Assembly: GCA_965644315.1 (NCBI GenBank)
Contig: CBFFRQ010000054.1
Span: forward strand, 1-64,000
DNA length: 64,000 nucleotides
Source of the DNA: Caecitellus pseudoparvulus
Lineage: Eukaryota; Protista; Bigyra: Bicosoecida
Direction of reading: 5' to 3'
Of the stretch, positions 26,501 to 39,658 are shown in pieces (positions within the stretch are counted from its first letter, which is position 1; each line of letters opens with the position of its first letter). The translations under genes were made by a program, and so were the position numbers. Under the pieces are notes generated by a model. That model saw only the letters and a list, made by a program, of their open reading frames with translations. It was not told the DNA's origin and made no database searches.

Positions 26501-29500
26501 TCCGACCCCGCACCCGCGTCGCTGCGTGACGTCGTCGTGTACGGCACAGACAGCTGCAGGGCCGGCAGCGCCGCGCCGCCCTCCATGCTCAACGGCACGC
26601 CCAGCACCACGGACAGGTCCGCCGTGCTGCCCACCGGCAGCTCAGACACCAGCACCGCCACGCCGTCCGCGTTCAGCGTCGACACCACGCCCGCACCCAG
26701 GCTGGACCCGCCCACCAGCACATCCACCACCGGCAACAGACCGCTGCCCAGCACACCCGACAGGTCTGCACTGATGTTGAAGCCCGGCGCACTGCTGGCA
26801 CCCGTGTGCCCCACGCTCCAGCTCACACTGATCACATCCCCGGCGTCCACAGACGTCCCGTCCACTGGCACCCACACAGGCCCCGCGCTCAGCTCCAGGT
26901 CAGGCGCACCCACCACCAGCCCGTACCCAGCCGACGACACGGCCGACCCCCCACTCGTGCTGCCAGCGCTCAGCAGACCCACACTGCTCAGCGTCGCCAC
27001 AGCCGTCACGACGTCACCTGGCACCAGCCCCGCCACGTCACGCACCGACAGCGACACCGTCAGGTCCACAGTCTCCCCCACACTGTTGTCAGTGTCGTTG
27101 TTCACAAGCGTGCCCAGCGGCACAGTCACACTCGTGCCATCGCCAGACACGACGGCGCCCGCCGCCACACCGCCCAGGCCCCCCGACACGTCACTGGCCA
27201 CACCGCCACTGCCAGACACACCCGACACGCCAGCAACCACCACCGGCGATGTGCCGCTGGTCCACCCCGACAAGTCCACAGTCACTGACGCGCCGCTGGT
27301 CGTGCCCTCAGGCACACCCACGCTCACCGACACGTCCACGGCGCTGCCAGGGAACACCTGCCGCGGCACGGCACTGCCACTGGACGCCGCCGTCACAGCG
27401 TCCAGGCCGCCCTCAGACACCGACACAGACGGCGACCCCGCAGGCAGGCTGATGGACCCGCTCACCAGCACATCCGACCCCGCGCCCGCGTCGCTGCGTG
27501 ACGTCGTCGTGTACGGCACAGACAGCTGCAGGGCCGGCAGCGCCGCAGCGCCCTCCATGCTCAACGGCACGCCCAGCACCACGGACAGGTCCGCCGTGCT
27601 GCCCACCGGCAGCTCAGACACCAGCACCGCCACGCCGTCCGCGTTCAGCGTCGACACCACGCCCGCACCCAGGCTGGACCCGCCCACCAGCACATCCACC
27701 ACCGGCAACAGACCGCTGCCCAGCACACCCGACAGGTCTGCACTGATGTTGAAGCCCGGCGCACTGCTGGCACCCGTGTGCCCCACGCTCCAGCTCACAC
27801 TGATCACATCCCCGGCGTCCACAGACGTCCCGTCCACTGGCACCCACACAGGCCCCGCGCTCAGCTCCAGGTCAGGCGCACCCACCACCAGCCCGTACCC
27901 AGCCGACGACACGGCCGACCCCCCACTCGTGCTGCCAGCGCTCAGCAGACCCACACTGCTCAGCGTCGCCACAGCCGTCACGACGTCACCTGGCACCAGC
28001 CCCGCCACGTCACGCACCGTCAGCGACACCGTCAGGTCCACAGTCTCACCCACACTGTTGTCAGTGTCGTTGTTCACAAGCGTGCCCAGCGGCACAGTCA
28101 CACTCGTGCCATCGCCAGACACGACGGCGCCCGCCGCCACACCGCCCAGGCCCCCCGACACGTCACTGGCCACACCGCCACTGCCAGACACACCCGACAC
28201 GCCGGCAACCACCACCGGCGATGTGCCGCTGGTCCACCCCGACAAGTCCACAGTCACTGACGCGCCGCTGGTCGTGCCCTCAGGCACACCCACGCTCACC
28301 GACACGTCCACGGCGCTGCCAGGGAACACCTGCCGCGGCACGGCACTGCCACTGGACGCCGCCGTCACAGCGTCCAGGCCGCCCTCAGACACCGACACAG
28401 ACGGCGACCCCGCAGGCAGGCTGATGGACCCGCTCACCAGCACATCCGACCCCGCGCCCGCGTCGCTGCGTGACGTCGTCGTGTACGGCACAGACAGCTG
28501 CAGGGCCGGCAGCGCCGCAGCGCCCTCCATGCTCAACGGCACGCCCAGCACCACGGACAGGTCCGCCGTGCTGCCCACCGGCAGCTCAGACACCAGCACC
28601 GCCACGCCGTCCGCGTTCAGCGTCGACACCACGCCCGCACCCAGGCTGGACCCGCCCACCAGCACATCCACCACCGGCAACAGACCGCTGCCCAGCACAC
28701 CCGACAGGTCTGCACTGATGTTGAAGCCCGGCGCACTGCTGGCACCCGTGTGCCCCACGCTCCAGCTCACACTGATCACATCCCCGGCGTCCACAGACGT
28801 CCCGTCCACTGGCACCCACACAGGCCCCGCGCTCAGCTCCAGGTCAGGCGCACCCACCACCAGCCCGTACCCAGCCGACGACACGGCCGACCCCCCACTC
28901 GTGCTGCCAGCGCTCAGCAGACCCACACTGCTCAGCGTCGCCACAGCCGTCACGACGTCACCTGGCACCAGCCCCGCCACGTCACGCACCGTCAGCGACA
29001 CCGTCAGGTCCACAGTCTCCCCCACACTGTTGTCAGTGTCGTTGTTCACAAGCGTGCCCAGCGGCACAGTCACACTCGTGCCATCGCCAGACACGACGGC
29101 GCCCGCCGCCACACCGCCCAGGCCCCCCGACACGTCACTGGCCACACCGCCACTGCCAGACACACCCGACACGCCGGCAACCACCACCGGCGATGTGCCG
29201 CTGGTCCACCCCGACAAGTCCACAGTCACTGACGCGCCGCTGGTCGTGCCCTCAGGCACACCCACGCTCACCGACACGTCCACGGCGCTGCCAGGGAACA
29301 CCTGCCGCGGCACGGCACTGCCACTGGACGCCGCCGTCACAGCGTCCAGGCCGCCCTCAGACACCGACACAGACGGCGACCCCGCAGGCAGGCTGATGGA
29401 CCCGCTCACCAGCACATCCGACCCCGCGCCCGCGTCGCTGCGTGACGTCGTCGTGTACGGCACAGACAGCTGCAGGGCCGGCAGCGCCGCAGCGCCCTCC

Positions 29501-32500
29501 ATGCTCAACGGCACGCCCAGCACCACGGACAGGTCCGCCGTGCTGCCCACCGGCAGCTCAGACACCAGCACCGCCACGCCGTCCGTGTTCAACGCAGACA
29601 CCACGCCCGCACCCAGGCTGGACCCGCCCACCAGCACATCCACCACCGGCAACAGACCGCTGCCCAGCACACCCGACAGGTCTGCACTGATGTTGAAGCC
29701 CGGCGCACTGCTGGCACCCGTGTGCCCCACGCTCCAGCTCACACTGATCACATCCCCGGCGTCCACAGACGTCCCGTCCACTGGCACCCACACAGGCCCC
29801 GCGCTCAGCTCCAGGTCAGGCGCACCCACCACCAGCCCGTACCCAGCCGACGACACGGCCGACCCCCCACTCGTGCTGCCAGCGCTCAGCAGACCCACAC
29901 TGCTCAGCGTCGCCACAGCCGTCACGACGTCACCTGGCACCAGCCCCGCCACGTCACGCACCGTCAGCGACACCGTCAGGTCCACAGTCTCCCCCACACT
30001 GTTGTCAGTGTCGTTGTTCACAAGCGTGCCCAGCGGCACAGTCACACTCGTGCCATCGCCAGACACGACGGCGCCCGCCGCCACACCGCCCAGGCCCCCC
30101 GACACGTCACTGGCCACACCGCCACTGCCAGACACACCCGACACGCCGGCAACCACCACCGGCGATGTGCCGCTGGTCCACCCCGACAAGTCCACAGTCA
30201 CTGACGCGCCGCTGGTCGTGCCCTCAGGCACACCCACGCTCACTGACACGTCCACGGCGCTGCCAGGGAACACCTGCCGCGGCACGGCACTGCCACTGGA
30301 CGCCGCCGTCACAGCGTCCAGGCCCCCTTCGGTCGCAGATGCGCTTGGGGTGGCAGTCAAGATTGTTGTCGTTTGGGGTGTTGATGCGTAAGTTGCTGCG
30401 GGCTGACCAGCCACAGCTGGTGCAGGATGAGAATCGTACGAGATTGAGTACTCTGCTTCGACGTGGGAACTTGCCTCGATAGAAATGTAAGCGACAAGTT
30501 CAACCTCAATAATAGTAGCTGTTCCAGCTTGAAGCATAGCAACGTTCGCTAATAGCTGCTGGTTGCCGCCTCCTCCTGGTCCACGCCCAACGCTGGCGAG
30601 GCCGTCCTGCGGATCCCCCGCAGTGTTTGCAGTGAAAACTGCCGTCCCATTCACAGAAACGGAATGTACACGGTAGTTGTCGCTTGCAAGGTTCGCATCT
30701 TGCAGCAGCAAGGCGTAAGCGTTGGCTCTGCCCGGGCCGCCTGCAGCGTTCAGGGTGAACTGTTGCGTCCAGTGGTCGCCTGCATCTATCGGACCCGTCG
30801 GGGTGCCCACAAGAACCATGGTGACATCGGGAGTTCCGATGGTGAAGGCAGCACTCGCTGATGTCACCAGCTGGAAGGGCCCGAGAGGGGGTGTGTTCGG
30901 CGCGAGGTCGCCAGTGGACGGGCGCTGAAACGAAAGCTGCGCATTGAGGCTGACGTCTGCACTGGAAGGCGCCGTGGTCGGCACAACACACTGGAAGACA
31001 ATGTCAATCGTCCTCTGAGCATCTGCAGCATTCTCCAGCACGCCGAGGTCGACAGAGAGGGAGGTGGACGTCGCGGTGGTTGCGCCAGCCACATTTGCGG
31101 CGGTCAGGCTCACGCCAGAGAAGTGTGGTGGGTTTGTCGCAGTGACATCCCCAGTTGGCTCCGTCAAGCTCACAAGGGAGTGCAGCTGCATAACATCTTG
31201 CGGGCTACCTGCATGGGAGGTGGAGGACAGCTGGACGTCAAGCTGGGCGCCGTGCAAGCGTCCCGTAAAGGGCAGCTCCACCTGCAGGGTCACTGTGATC
31301 ACCTCAGCGGGAGTGAGAACAGAGGGAGAGGCACCTGAAGCGTCTCCCACAACAGACAGCGGCTGCATGTTCGCGTCGTTCACCTGAGCCCACACCGTGG
31401 GTGCCGACGCGGAGTCTACCACTGCTGGGATGGCAAGCGGGTTGACGAAGCCCGGGTCCGTGGCGCCCATCGGCTCTCGAATATCGTAGCCGTGTGCAGC
31501 AGAAAGCACAGGTAGCGGAATGTTCTGCCCCTGGCCATCAGCTGAGCCAGTCACTTGCAGTACAACTCCAATTGTGGTTACCTGTGTTGGCACCGTCTCA
31601 AGCGTGAACACGGCTCCAGGAACACCTGAGCCGACAGCCGTGGCACGAGCTGTAGCTCCAGCCCCCGTGTTACCGTTCACAGCGATGCTTTGCACGGTGT
31701 ACGCGCCAGCAGCAAGCGTAGCGTCCACAAAGGCCACGTCCCTGACGCCCACATCCAAGGCAGGGTCTGTCCGGCGAGTCAGCGTGACTGAGTACGTAAG
31801 CGTGTCAGGTCTGAAGGTGACAGCTGTGCTCTCCGAGATGACCTGCACGCTGGAGAAGACGTCTCGTGGGTAGTACACGACCAAGTCGTCTTCATAGTAC
31901 GTGAAGACGCCGCAGGATGCCGCGTTGGAGACTGAGAAGTTGGCAAAGGGCACAAATGGGCTGCTACTGTCCAGATCCAAGTCATCGTATTCGGCCATGC
32001 GGCACCGGATCTCGGAGGAGGTGATGTAGTCTGCCCGGTCAAACACCTTGCTCGCTTCAGGCTCGCCTTCGAGCAGCAGGGCGCAATTCAAGTCTGACGA
32101 CTGTTCAAAGTCTGTACCAAGAATGGTCACGTCCAGATCCGTGCCAGTGGCATCACTCCAGAAGGACAAGGGGGACACAGACGAAATGGGCGGGGCCAGA
32201 ACGGAGGTCGGGCCAGGCACAAAGAGGTCCACGACGATGTTGCGGGAGAGCGCGTTGGCGTTGTCCCGAGCGAAGAACGTCATGGAGTAACTGCCAACCT
32301 GTCCGCCTGTCGGCGTCCAATCGAAGGTCATGGTGAGCGGGTTTGCCGTTGGCGCGTTGCTGTGGGTGAGGGTCGCGCCAGTGGGCAGGTCTGATGAGAT
32401 GAGCTCAATGTTGTCGCAGACATCGATGCCGTCCACGGCAGTGACATCGAAAGTCAGGGGCTGGTTGGAGAAGACGCAGTTTGCGACTGGGGACCCCTCA

Positions 32501-33876
32501 AAAGCTGAGGTGATGTTGGGGGCGGCATTTTCTAGGCAAAGGGCGCCTGGTGTGTCACACCCTGATGCGCCTCCCACGAGGCAATCCACGTCTTGCCCAC
32601 ACTGGCGGCAGTTGTGGCCGCCACTGCAACCAATGCAGTACTTATCAGGCTCCACAACCTTCACGAGGAAGTCGATCACCGACTGGCAGCTGCCATCACT
32701 GATGACAATGACGACAGGGTGGAGGTCTCCTGCAGAGCTTGTCGTTGCGTCGAATGTGATGAGGCCTGTCTCGTTGTTCACTTGCACACCAGTGTACTGG
32801 GGGATGTTGCCGTTCTCAGCAGTCGTGGCAAGTCGGAATGTCACCGGGTCGTTGTTCTGGTCAATGACAGGGAGGAACCACGTCACGACGCGCGCGTTGC
32901 TGACGAGCTGGATGGGCACCTGAGTGGACTCAGGGCAGGAGTTGATGAAGGACTTGCCACGCGTGTCCAGGTCCACGTTGGCCCACAAGTTCCACGCCCC
33001 ATCTGTGCAGAATCGGAGATAAAAGTCAGCCAGACAAGCAAAAGCAAGCCGACATACACCGTACATACTCCTTCCGTTTTTCAGCGTGGACAGGCGGCAG
33101 CAGGAAGCGTAGTTCACGTAGTAAGGCGCCCCGTTGTTGGTCGCATTGGGATACGTGTAGGTCCACGTCTTCGTGCCAATAATGTAATCATCGACATTAT
33201 TCTGGACGGTGACTTGGTAGTCGCGAAGGTTGTTGGAGCCCGAACCGTCGCCCATCCGGAATGAACCCTGCATGCGGAGGAAGGATGGAGCGTGCTCAGC
33301 TGCGCATGCGCGCCGTCAACTCACAGGCTTCGCAGCAGACTATTGCCTTAAGGAGGTGAAACAGAGTTCAACGTACCCCGTGATGGTAGAGATCCCCGAC
33401 GTTGGGCCGGGGGTTGAAGAAGGTTCGCCGCCTGAAGGCCGGAAGCAAGGTCAAGTGCAACGTGATCGCCTGCACGACCGGCCGAAGCAGGGGACGCTTA
33501 CCAGGCAATCACCGAGGTAAACTCGACTGTATAGTCGGTCAATCCAGTCCCGATGTGGCGCCATGACAGCTTTCCGAACCTGTGGGCGTGGCGCGGTGCG
33601 CGTGCAACGCTGCTCCGTGCAGACCGGGCAGAACAAGAGAAACGCTGCCGGCAAGCAGAAGGTGGCACGGCCAAGAAGTAGTTTTCACGCATGCAAGCAC
33701 TTCTGTCCGTGGCCTGCGCCCATTGGCGCAGCCTCGAGCTTCCAGAGAGGACGGCGTGTCAGCTCGCACGCCAGCAGGCACGCCGAGCGCGCTGCACCGC
33801 GAACTCACCGCCAATGCGTCGCTCGCACGCCTACCAAGGCAGCAAGGAGTAGAACAATAGGCTTGAATCTTCCCAT
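11575..33876 (-). CDS. Giant (~7,270 aa) cell-surface protein: signal peptide, N-terminal THWRFG/CCR domain, Ig/cadherin-like modules, ~30 DUF11/fimbrial-isopeptide-like beta-sandwich domains, EGF-like and TSP1 modules, ~9 TM helices, acidic tail
   Basis: 7232-aa ORF extended upstream by exons 33876-33809, 33579-33502 and 33431-33377 (GT-AG, frame consistent), giving MGRFKPIVLLLAALVGVRA-THWRFGKLSW. A probable in-frame 66-nt intron lies at 33003-33068. Cys-rich CGGNGVC..CVCKAGWTG and DCLVSPWS..TRTREIL..YGGEACP precede the hydrophobic helices at ~12300-14420. Confidence 0.88.
21763..30323 (-). repeat. Intragenic tandem repeat, 972-bp (324-aa) unit x ~8.8, near-identical
   Basis: Identical small ORFs recur at an exact 972-bp period (22754, 23726, 24698, 25670, 26642, 27614, 28586, 29558). 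Units differ by only a few substitutions. Confidence 0.98.
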
Positions 33877-35121
33877 GGTGGTCAACCAGCGCTTGGAGGG
33901 TGAGGAACTGGTGCACAGTTACACTCCCAGTCAGCTGGTGGGAGAGCTCGAGCCAGCAACGAGAACGGTGCAGCTCGTGTCGAAGATGAAGGCCACAAGG
34001 ACGAAGGTCAGAGGAAAGCACAGTCTAAGGCTGTGCTTGGGTTGATGAGTGATGATTGTTGTTTGTGCTGGCCACGGAGAACTGTCGAGTTCGTGGGGAC
34101 CCCCCTGCTCGACCCGACGAAGCTTTTTCGGAAGCTTGTGGCTGCTCGCGCTGTGAGTACGGTCAACGACAAGGCGTCGCGAAGTGGCTCCAGAGCTGAC
34201 AGGAAGACTTTCGGTATCTACACAGGTCACATTCTTCGTGTCCTGCCACTCGGCAGAGGCTTCGACGCACAGGCTTGGTTCGAAGCCGGAAACACGCAAA
34301 GCTGGCTTGCCTTCGCACGTGATGCAAACCACGCGAAGCTGCTGCTTGGTCTGCCCAGAGAGCCCCACCGTGTCTTCCCTAGAGAAAACTCTTATCACAC
34401 GAAACAGTGGATACTTATAAGATTTCCGCCCAGTTGCCATTGAAGGCGGCACAGCTTTCACTTGCTGAACGGTGAAGCTGTTCGTCGCTCCGCATGTACC
34501 GCTGGAGGAGCGCCGTTCTCTTCATCTGTTTTGACGAGCGGAGAAGTTGGACATCCATTTAAGTTGTCATAGTACTAGAAGATCAGCTGGGGTCTCGCAT
34601 GTTGTTGTGACATCGCCGCGGGTGAGTTTCGGTCTGGGAAGCTTCAGAGGCCAAATTGCGTGAGGTGGGCCTTGCCCGAGGGCACGACCCAGTACAGAAA
34701 GCAACCAAACATCAGAGAAAGACAGCTATTGCCACCTTCATCATTTGCAAAGGACCTAGCCCCTCGTGACATAGAGCACATTGCCGCCGCTGCCTCAGCT
34801 GACGCGCGAGGAGAAAGCATGGGCCAATCCCAATGATGCGCGAATCGAGCAACCCCCAGCACAGGCATGTGGTGCACCTGCATTTCCAGGCACAGGACTC
34901 GGTGAGCCTACTTTCCTTTGAGGCTTTGGCGCGTTTCGAGTTCTCGGCCTGGCGAGCAAAACCAATGAACTGGTCGCTTGCCGACGGACAGCTCTCAGCT
35001 ACACCCGGAGCTGCATGCCCAGCGCCAAGGGAGCGTGCTACAGCACCTTGCTTTTGGCGCGATCCCGTGCACGTTCATCCATCGCTCGCAGTTGACTGCG
35101 GTTTGTGCAGGCACCGAGCTT

Positions 35122-36169
35122 TCAGCCGTCGGCTGGAGCTGGCGAGACTTCCCCACAATCCAGCGCCGCCAGCTCGCCCCCTTGGTCCCAGCAAGACAGG
35201 TCCCCTGCCCCGATGAAGCCGGAGAGCGACGCCTGTTCGCCTGCTGGACAGCCATGGAATGCGTGCTGGGCTGCTGCCAGCGTGGCGACGAGGTCCTCCC
35301 CGCCCTTGAATCCGCTGCAGACGACGAATGCTTCCACGGACGAGTCCCGCGAAGAGGCAGGCTTGGCGAGGCGCACGACGTCGAAGGCTGGCCGCAGGTG
35401 CCCCGTGAGCAGGGACACATCGGCGCCTCGGAAGACCTTGGCGACAAACGTGCCGCCTGGTTGCAGCACATTTGCAGTGATGGACAGCGCCGCCAACAGG
35501 AGCTGCGCCTGCACGTACTCGTCCAGGGCGTGGAGGCCTGTGACATCTGGCGCGCCATCGCACACGACGAGGTGGGCCAGCTGGCCGCCCAGGTGCCCCA
35601 GGACGTGCGCTTGGGTCGTCTCGGCTGTGATGTCGCCCTGCACCTGCACCACTCCGTCAATGGGCGCCATCTCTTGCAAATCCACTGCCACGATGGTGAC
35701 GCCGGCTGGGGCAGGGGCCGCGGCGTCAGAAGCAACTGCAGTAGCTGCAGATGAGCCTGGGGTGGTTGCAGCCAGCTGTTCACTCTCATCGGCGCCGGAA
35801 GACGCTGTGGCCGCAGTGGATGGGGATGCTCGGTGCAGGAGCTGGCGAGAAAGGAGTTGGCTCCAGCTGCCAGGAGCGGCACAAAGGTCCACTGCCCGCG
35901 TCACGCCATCGAAGATGCCGAATTCTTCGTGTAGTTGCAGGAGTTTGAAGGCACTCCGTGCCCGGAAGCCGACTTCCTTCGCCTTGCGGTAGTAAATGTC
36001 CTGCATGCGGAAAATGAAGCAGCGAGGTTGCCAGCCAAACAAACGCCGCCGCAAGGGGGGGAGGCACGCACGCGTTTTTCCTTCGCAAACCTGTGATGGA
36101 ACATGATTAGATACAATGCTGGCGCAGTGCATCCTGCAGCACGTCATCCAGGCGCTCTCACCGTCCCAT
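35122..36169 (-). CDS. TRM7: tRNA (C32/G34) 2'-O-methyltransferase, FtsJ/RrmJ family, 3 exons
   Basis: Spliced N-terminus MGR|FAKEKR|[23 protein letters not shown], plus [35 protein letters not shown] and [16 protein letters not shown]. Confidence 0.93.
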
Positions 36170-36336
36170 GGCAGAAGGCACACTTCGCTTCGGGGAGATG
36201 CTCTGGCGCAGCGGGTCCGAGCAGACTGGGGCGGGGAAAGTTCAACGCTGGAGGCTGCCATACAGGCCACCGTAAGCTGTGGGTGCATTTAGCAGAACAG
36301 TTGTGGGCGGTCTGGTCACCTGACTGCCGTGCGGTT

Positions 36337-38689
36337 TCAAGCCTCGCAGCACCAGCGCTGCACATCCAGCACGGCCTGGTCGGCCAGCGGCAGGAAGTCG
36401 AACGAAAAGAAGCCGTGGGGCAGGGAGCGGTACACTTTCATGCTGCCGGGCACGCCCAGGCGCCGGAGGCGTGTGATGAAGTCGATGCTGTCGTCCAGCA
36501 GTGGGTCCAGCCCGCCGTTCACGACGAAGGTGGGTGGAAAAGCGGACAGGACTGCGTCGCTTGCGAGGCAGGGGGAGAGGTATGGGTTGGCATGGGGGCG
36601 CCCCAGCATGTGCTGTGGGACGTATGCATCCGACACCGTCGTCATGAGGCCGCGGGGGATGAGGGGGTCGTTCAAGTGCAGGGCTCGACTGGGGCCCGGC
36701 GCGTGGTTCACGTTCAGGGAGGGGTACGCTAGCAGGAGCGCATCTGGCAGGGGCAGGCCCTCTGCCACGCAGCGTGTGGTGATGGCAGCCACGTAGTTGC
36801 CCCCTGCCGAGTCCCCGAACAGCACCACCTTACCGAAGCGCGCCCGGCACCAGGCGTACGCGGTCATGCACTGGTTCAGCGCTGTCGGGAAGCGCGCCTC
36901 GGGGGCGAGTGTGTAGTGCATGTACGCGACAGAGAAGTGCCCACCTGCAGCCCACTTGGCACAGCGCAGTCGGTCCACAGCGAAGGAGCCTGCGACAAAG
37001 CCGCCGCCGTGGACGTACAGCAAGACCGTGCTGCTCGCCGTGGAGGGGGGGAGGGGCGTGTGGGGGGGGGGCTGAGGAGGCGGCACGGCCTGGGGCGGCA
37101 CTGTTGCCTGGTGAAGCGTGTACTGTTCCACCTCCCCTCCGTGCAGCAAGGCTGTGGTTTCTGTAAGGGCGGGGAGGCGTGCGTGGGACCCTGCCCGCCC
37201 AGCGGTCCTGGTGCAGTGCACTTCGTGTGGCTTCACAGCCGCAGCGGGGATGTCTGCTCCCTCGGCGGTGAGAAGAGGTGGCACGAGGTGCTGTGGCGGG
37301 GGCGCCACCCACCACTCCTCCGGCACGGGCACACTGCAGAAGACGTGCAGGGAGCCGCCTGGATGCGGCAAGTGCACCTCCCCCTCCGCGGGTGGCTCAT
37401 CCGCCACGACCGCGGTGAGGCTGCGCAGGAGAGGCGCATCCACCGCGTTCCAGACTTCCTTCACGAAGTCCACGTGGCAGTGCTGCAGGGTGGTGGTGGC
37501 GACCTCCGCAGCCTCGCTGGGGCGCACGGCATACCACCCTGCCGCCACCAGTGTGGCGGGAATGGCCAGGGCACTCCACGCAGTGCCACGCAGGCGGAAG
37601 CCCTCAGAGACGCTGGCGTACACGATGTCCAGTGCGCGTTTGAGGAGGAAGAGGCGCCAGTTCTTGGTGCACCAGATGGCGGCGTCGCTGGGCAGGGAGG
37701 TGTTGATGAGCATGCGGCGAACGGGGACGGCGTTTGCGGTGGTGGGGTCCAAGTGTGCGCCCTCACGCAGGTCGGCGATGTTCAAGGCGTAGGATTTGCT
37801 GCTGCTCAGCGTGGCATTGGTGGTGGAGAACTGGTCCAGCGTGATGACCCACAGGCGGGTCAGGAGGGAGAGTTGCCGGGTGGCCAGGGACACCCGTTCC
37901 GCCGCATCGCTGTGGCTGGACAAGCGTGTGTACAGGAGGATGGAGAGCAGGCCGATGGAGGCCGTGGAGCGGAAATGCCAGGGCATGCCGGGCACCTGCA
38001 CCCTTGCCCTGTGGATGGCGACGATGAGGGCCAGGGTGGCCAGTGGGTACAGCCACCGGGAGGCCAGGGTCCAGGTGGAGCTGGATGTGCCTCCCAGCCC
38101 CTGCACTGCCGTGCGAACGTCTTCCAGAGTGGATGAGAAGTGGTACAGGAGGGAGTTCATGCCTCCCGGTGGGATGAGCTTGGTCTGCAGCGTGCTGGGC
38201 AGTCCTTGCAGCCTGCGCAGCGGAGCAGTGCAGCGGCGTGCGGCATTTGGCGGCTGCGGCAGTGCACTTGGCACCCCACACTCACGCCGCAACGGCTTGC
38301 AGGACGCTGGAGCCAGCCGGAGGCGGGCGCACACCCGCATGCTGCAGGCGCTCGACGATGAAGTTGAACAGCATGCGGTCCCACGTGGCCAGGGACAGCG
38401 CCAGCTCGCGCACTGCCGCAATCTCGGGCGCTGAGAGGCCGCCTGGCACCCTCGCTGGCGCAGCTGGGTCTGGCTGCGTCAGGTCAGCCAGCTGGCTGCT
38501 GACGCGCTCCATGAGCAGGGCCACACGAGCCACTCGGTCCGTCGCGTGGCTGATGCCCAGCAGCTCGGCAGGCTCACCGCCGCCTTCACCTCTCGCGCTG
38601 GCCAGGCTGGCGGTGGAGGCGACACGCCGCGCCCACGGCGAGGCACTGCTGCCGAGGCGAGGCGCCTTCTCAACAGCCTGGCCCGCCAT
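36337..38689 (-). CDS. Hormone-sensitive-lipase (GDXG) family alpha/beta hydrolase with N-terminal hydrophobic segments, 2 exons
   Basis: HGGGF oxyanion motif, GDSAGG nucleophile, DPLLDDS (catalytic Asp) and LPHGF (catalytic His). Confidence 0.88.
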
Positions 38690-38982
38690 GGCGCAGACTG
38701 TGGGAACAGGGCATGCCTGGATCGGCGGCCTCCTTGGCCAGCGGACACCTGCATTGGCGCAGAGTGGGTGTATTGAATTGAGAGCAGATCCTGGCTGCTG
38801 TCGAAGGCAAGGCTGTCTCCACTGCACATACGCCCTGCATCAGTCATGTACGCAGCTCAAAAATAGCTCTTCTACAACATGATCACTGCAACATAATCGG
38901 CAACTTCATCTCTTGTCTGTGCGACTCCTCAAGTCCAACGATTTACGTGGTCCCACTGCGGAATTTGACCACACCGGTCACA

Positions 38983-39402
38983 ATGGCTGACAGCGTCCAC
39001 GAGAGGCTTTACGGCACCATCACTGGGCTGACCAAGGCAGAGAAACGTGCACTTGCGTCCACGACAGGGGCGGCGCCCGAGCCAGTCTCCGTTCGGGAGC
39101 TGCAGGTTCGTGCATGCTGGGGCAGAGAAACGCCCCCGCGCCCCTGCACATGATCTGCTGCTTGCTGCACCTCAGAAGCAAAACCGTGCAGCAAAAGTCG
39201 CCCGCATTCCTGGACATGGACTGACGATTGTGCAGTACCCACCGGTGCGCTGCCCTTTGCGAATTTCCACAGCGACTTTCGAGCTCTCGTACACACGCCA
39301 CGCCTGCTCCGCTCGCAGGGAAAGAAGGAGCAGAAGCAAAACACAGAAGTCACCAGCAGGGGCTACACTCGCAACACGCTGGGGGGCTTTTACTCCAGTT
39401 AG
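38983..39402 (+). CDS. CFAP276: Small ciliary microtubule-inner-protein, FAP276/C1orf194-like, 3 exons
   Basis: Spliced MADSVHERLY...RELQ|KQNRAAK...QYPP|GKKEQKQNTEVTSRGYTRNTLGGFYSS*. The C-terminal TxxGYxRxxxGGFY motif is recalled as characteristic of this family. Confidence 0.6.
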
Positions 39403-39658
39403 CTCGGGGCAGTCTCGCCTGCTTGCAAGGCATGTCAGTGCCCTGGAGGAGATGGCGTGGCAGCGCGTGCCACATGTGCAGGTCTGTCACGTGCAACGCT
39501 GTGCAGGGATCGACCATGCATTCAGACCGGCGGAAGATGCAAAACGTTGCGTAGTTTGGCAGTGCAATTGTGCTGACATGGCCCTGCTCAGCTGAGGCAG
39601 GGCGAGGCCTGCCGGCAGCGACTGTGCAATGCATTCAATTTCCGCAGCGCACCAGCCC

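Noticed and set aside
21731-30391. 2886-aa T/P/S/D-rich mucin-like ORF on the + strand
   Set aside because: It is the codon-aligned antisense shadow of the repeat. It stays open because the sense unit uses no TTA/CTA/TCA codons, it has a GTG start and no signal peptide, and it ends near the repeat boundary.
21782-30482. Many small identical ORFs (67-160 aa) at 972-bp period
   Set aside because: Alternative-frame by-products of the tandem repeat.
33931-34883. ORFs of 79-176 aa between the giant gene and TRM7
   Set aside because: No recognisable domains or coding-like codon bias. More likely the upstream region of the giant gene, though a weak gene or ncRNA cannot be excluded.
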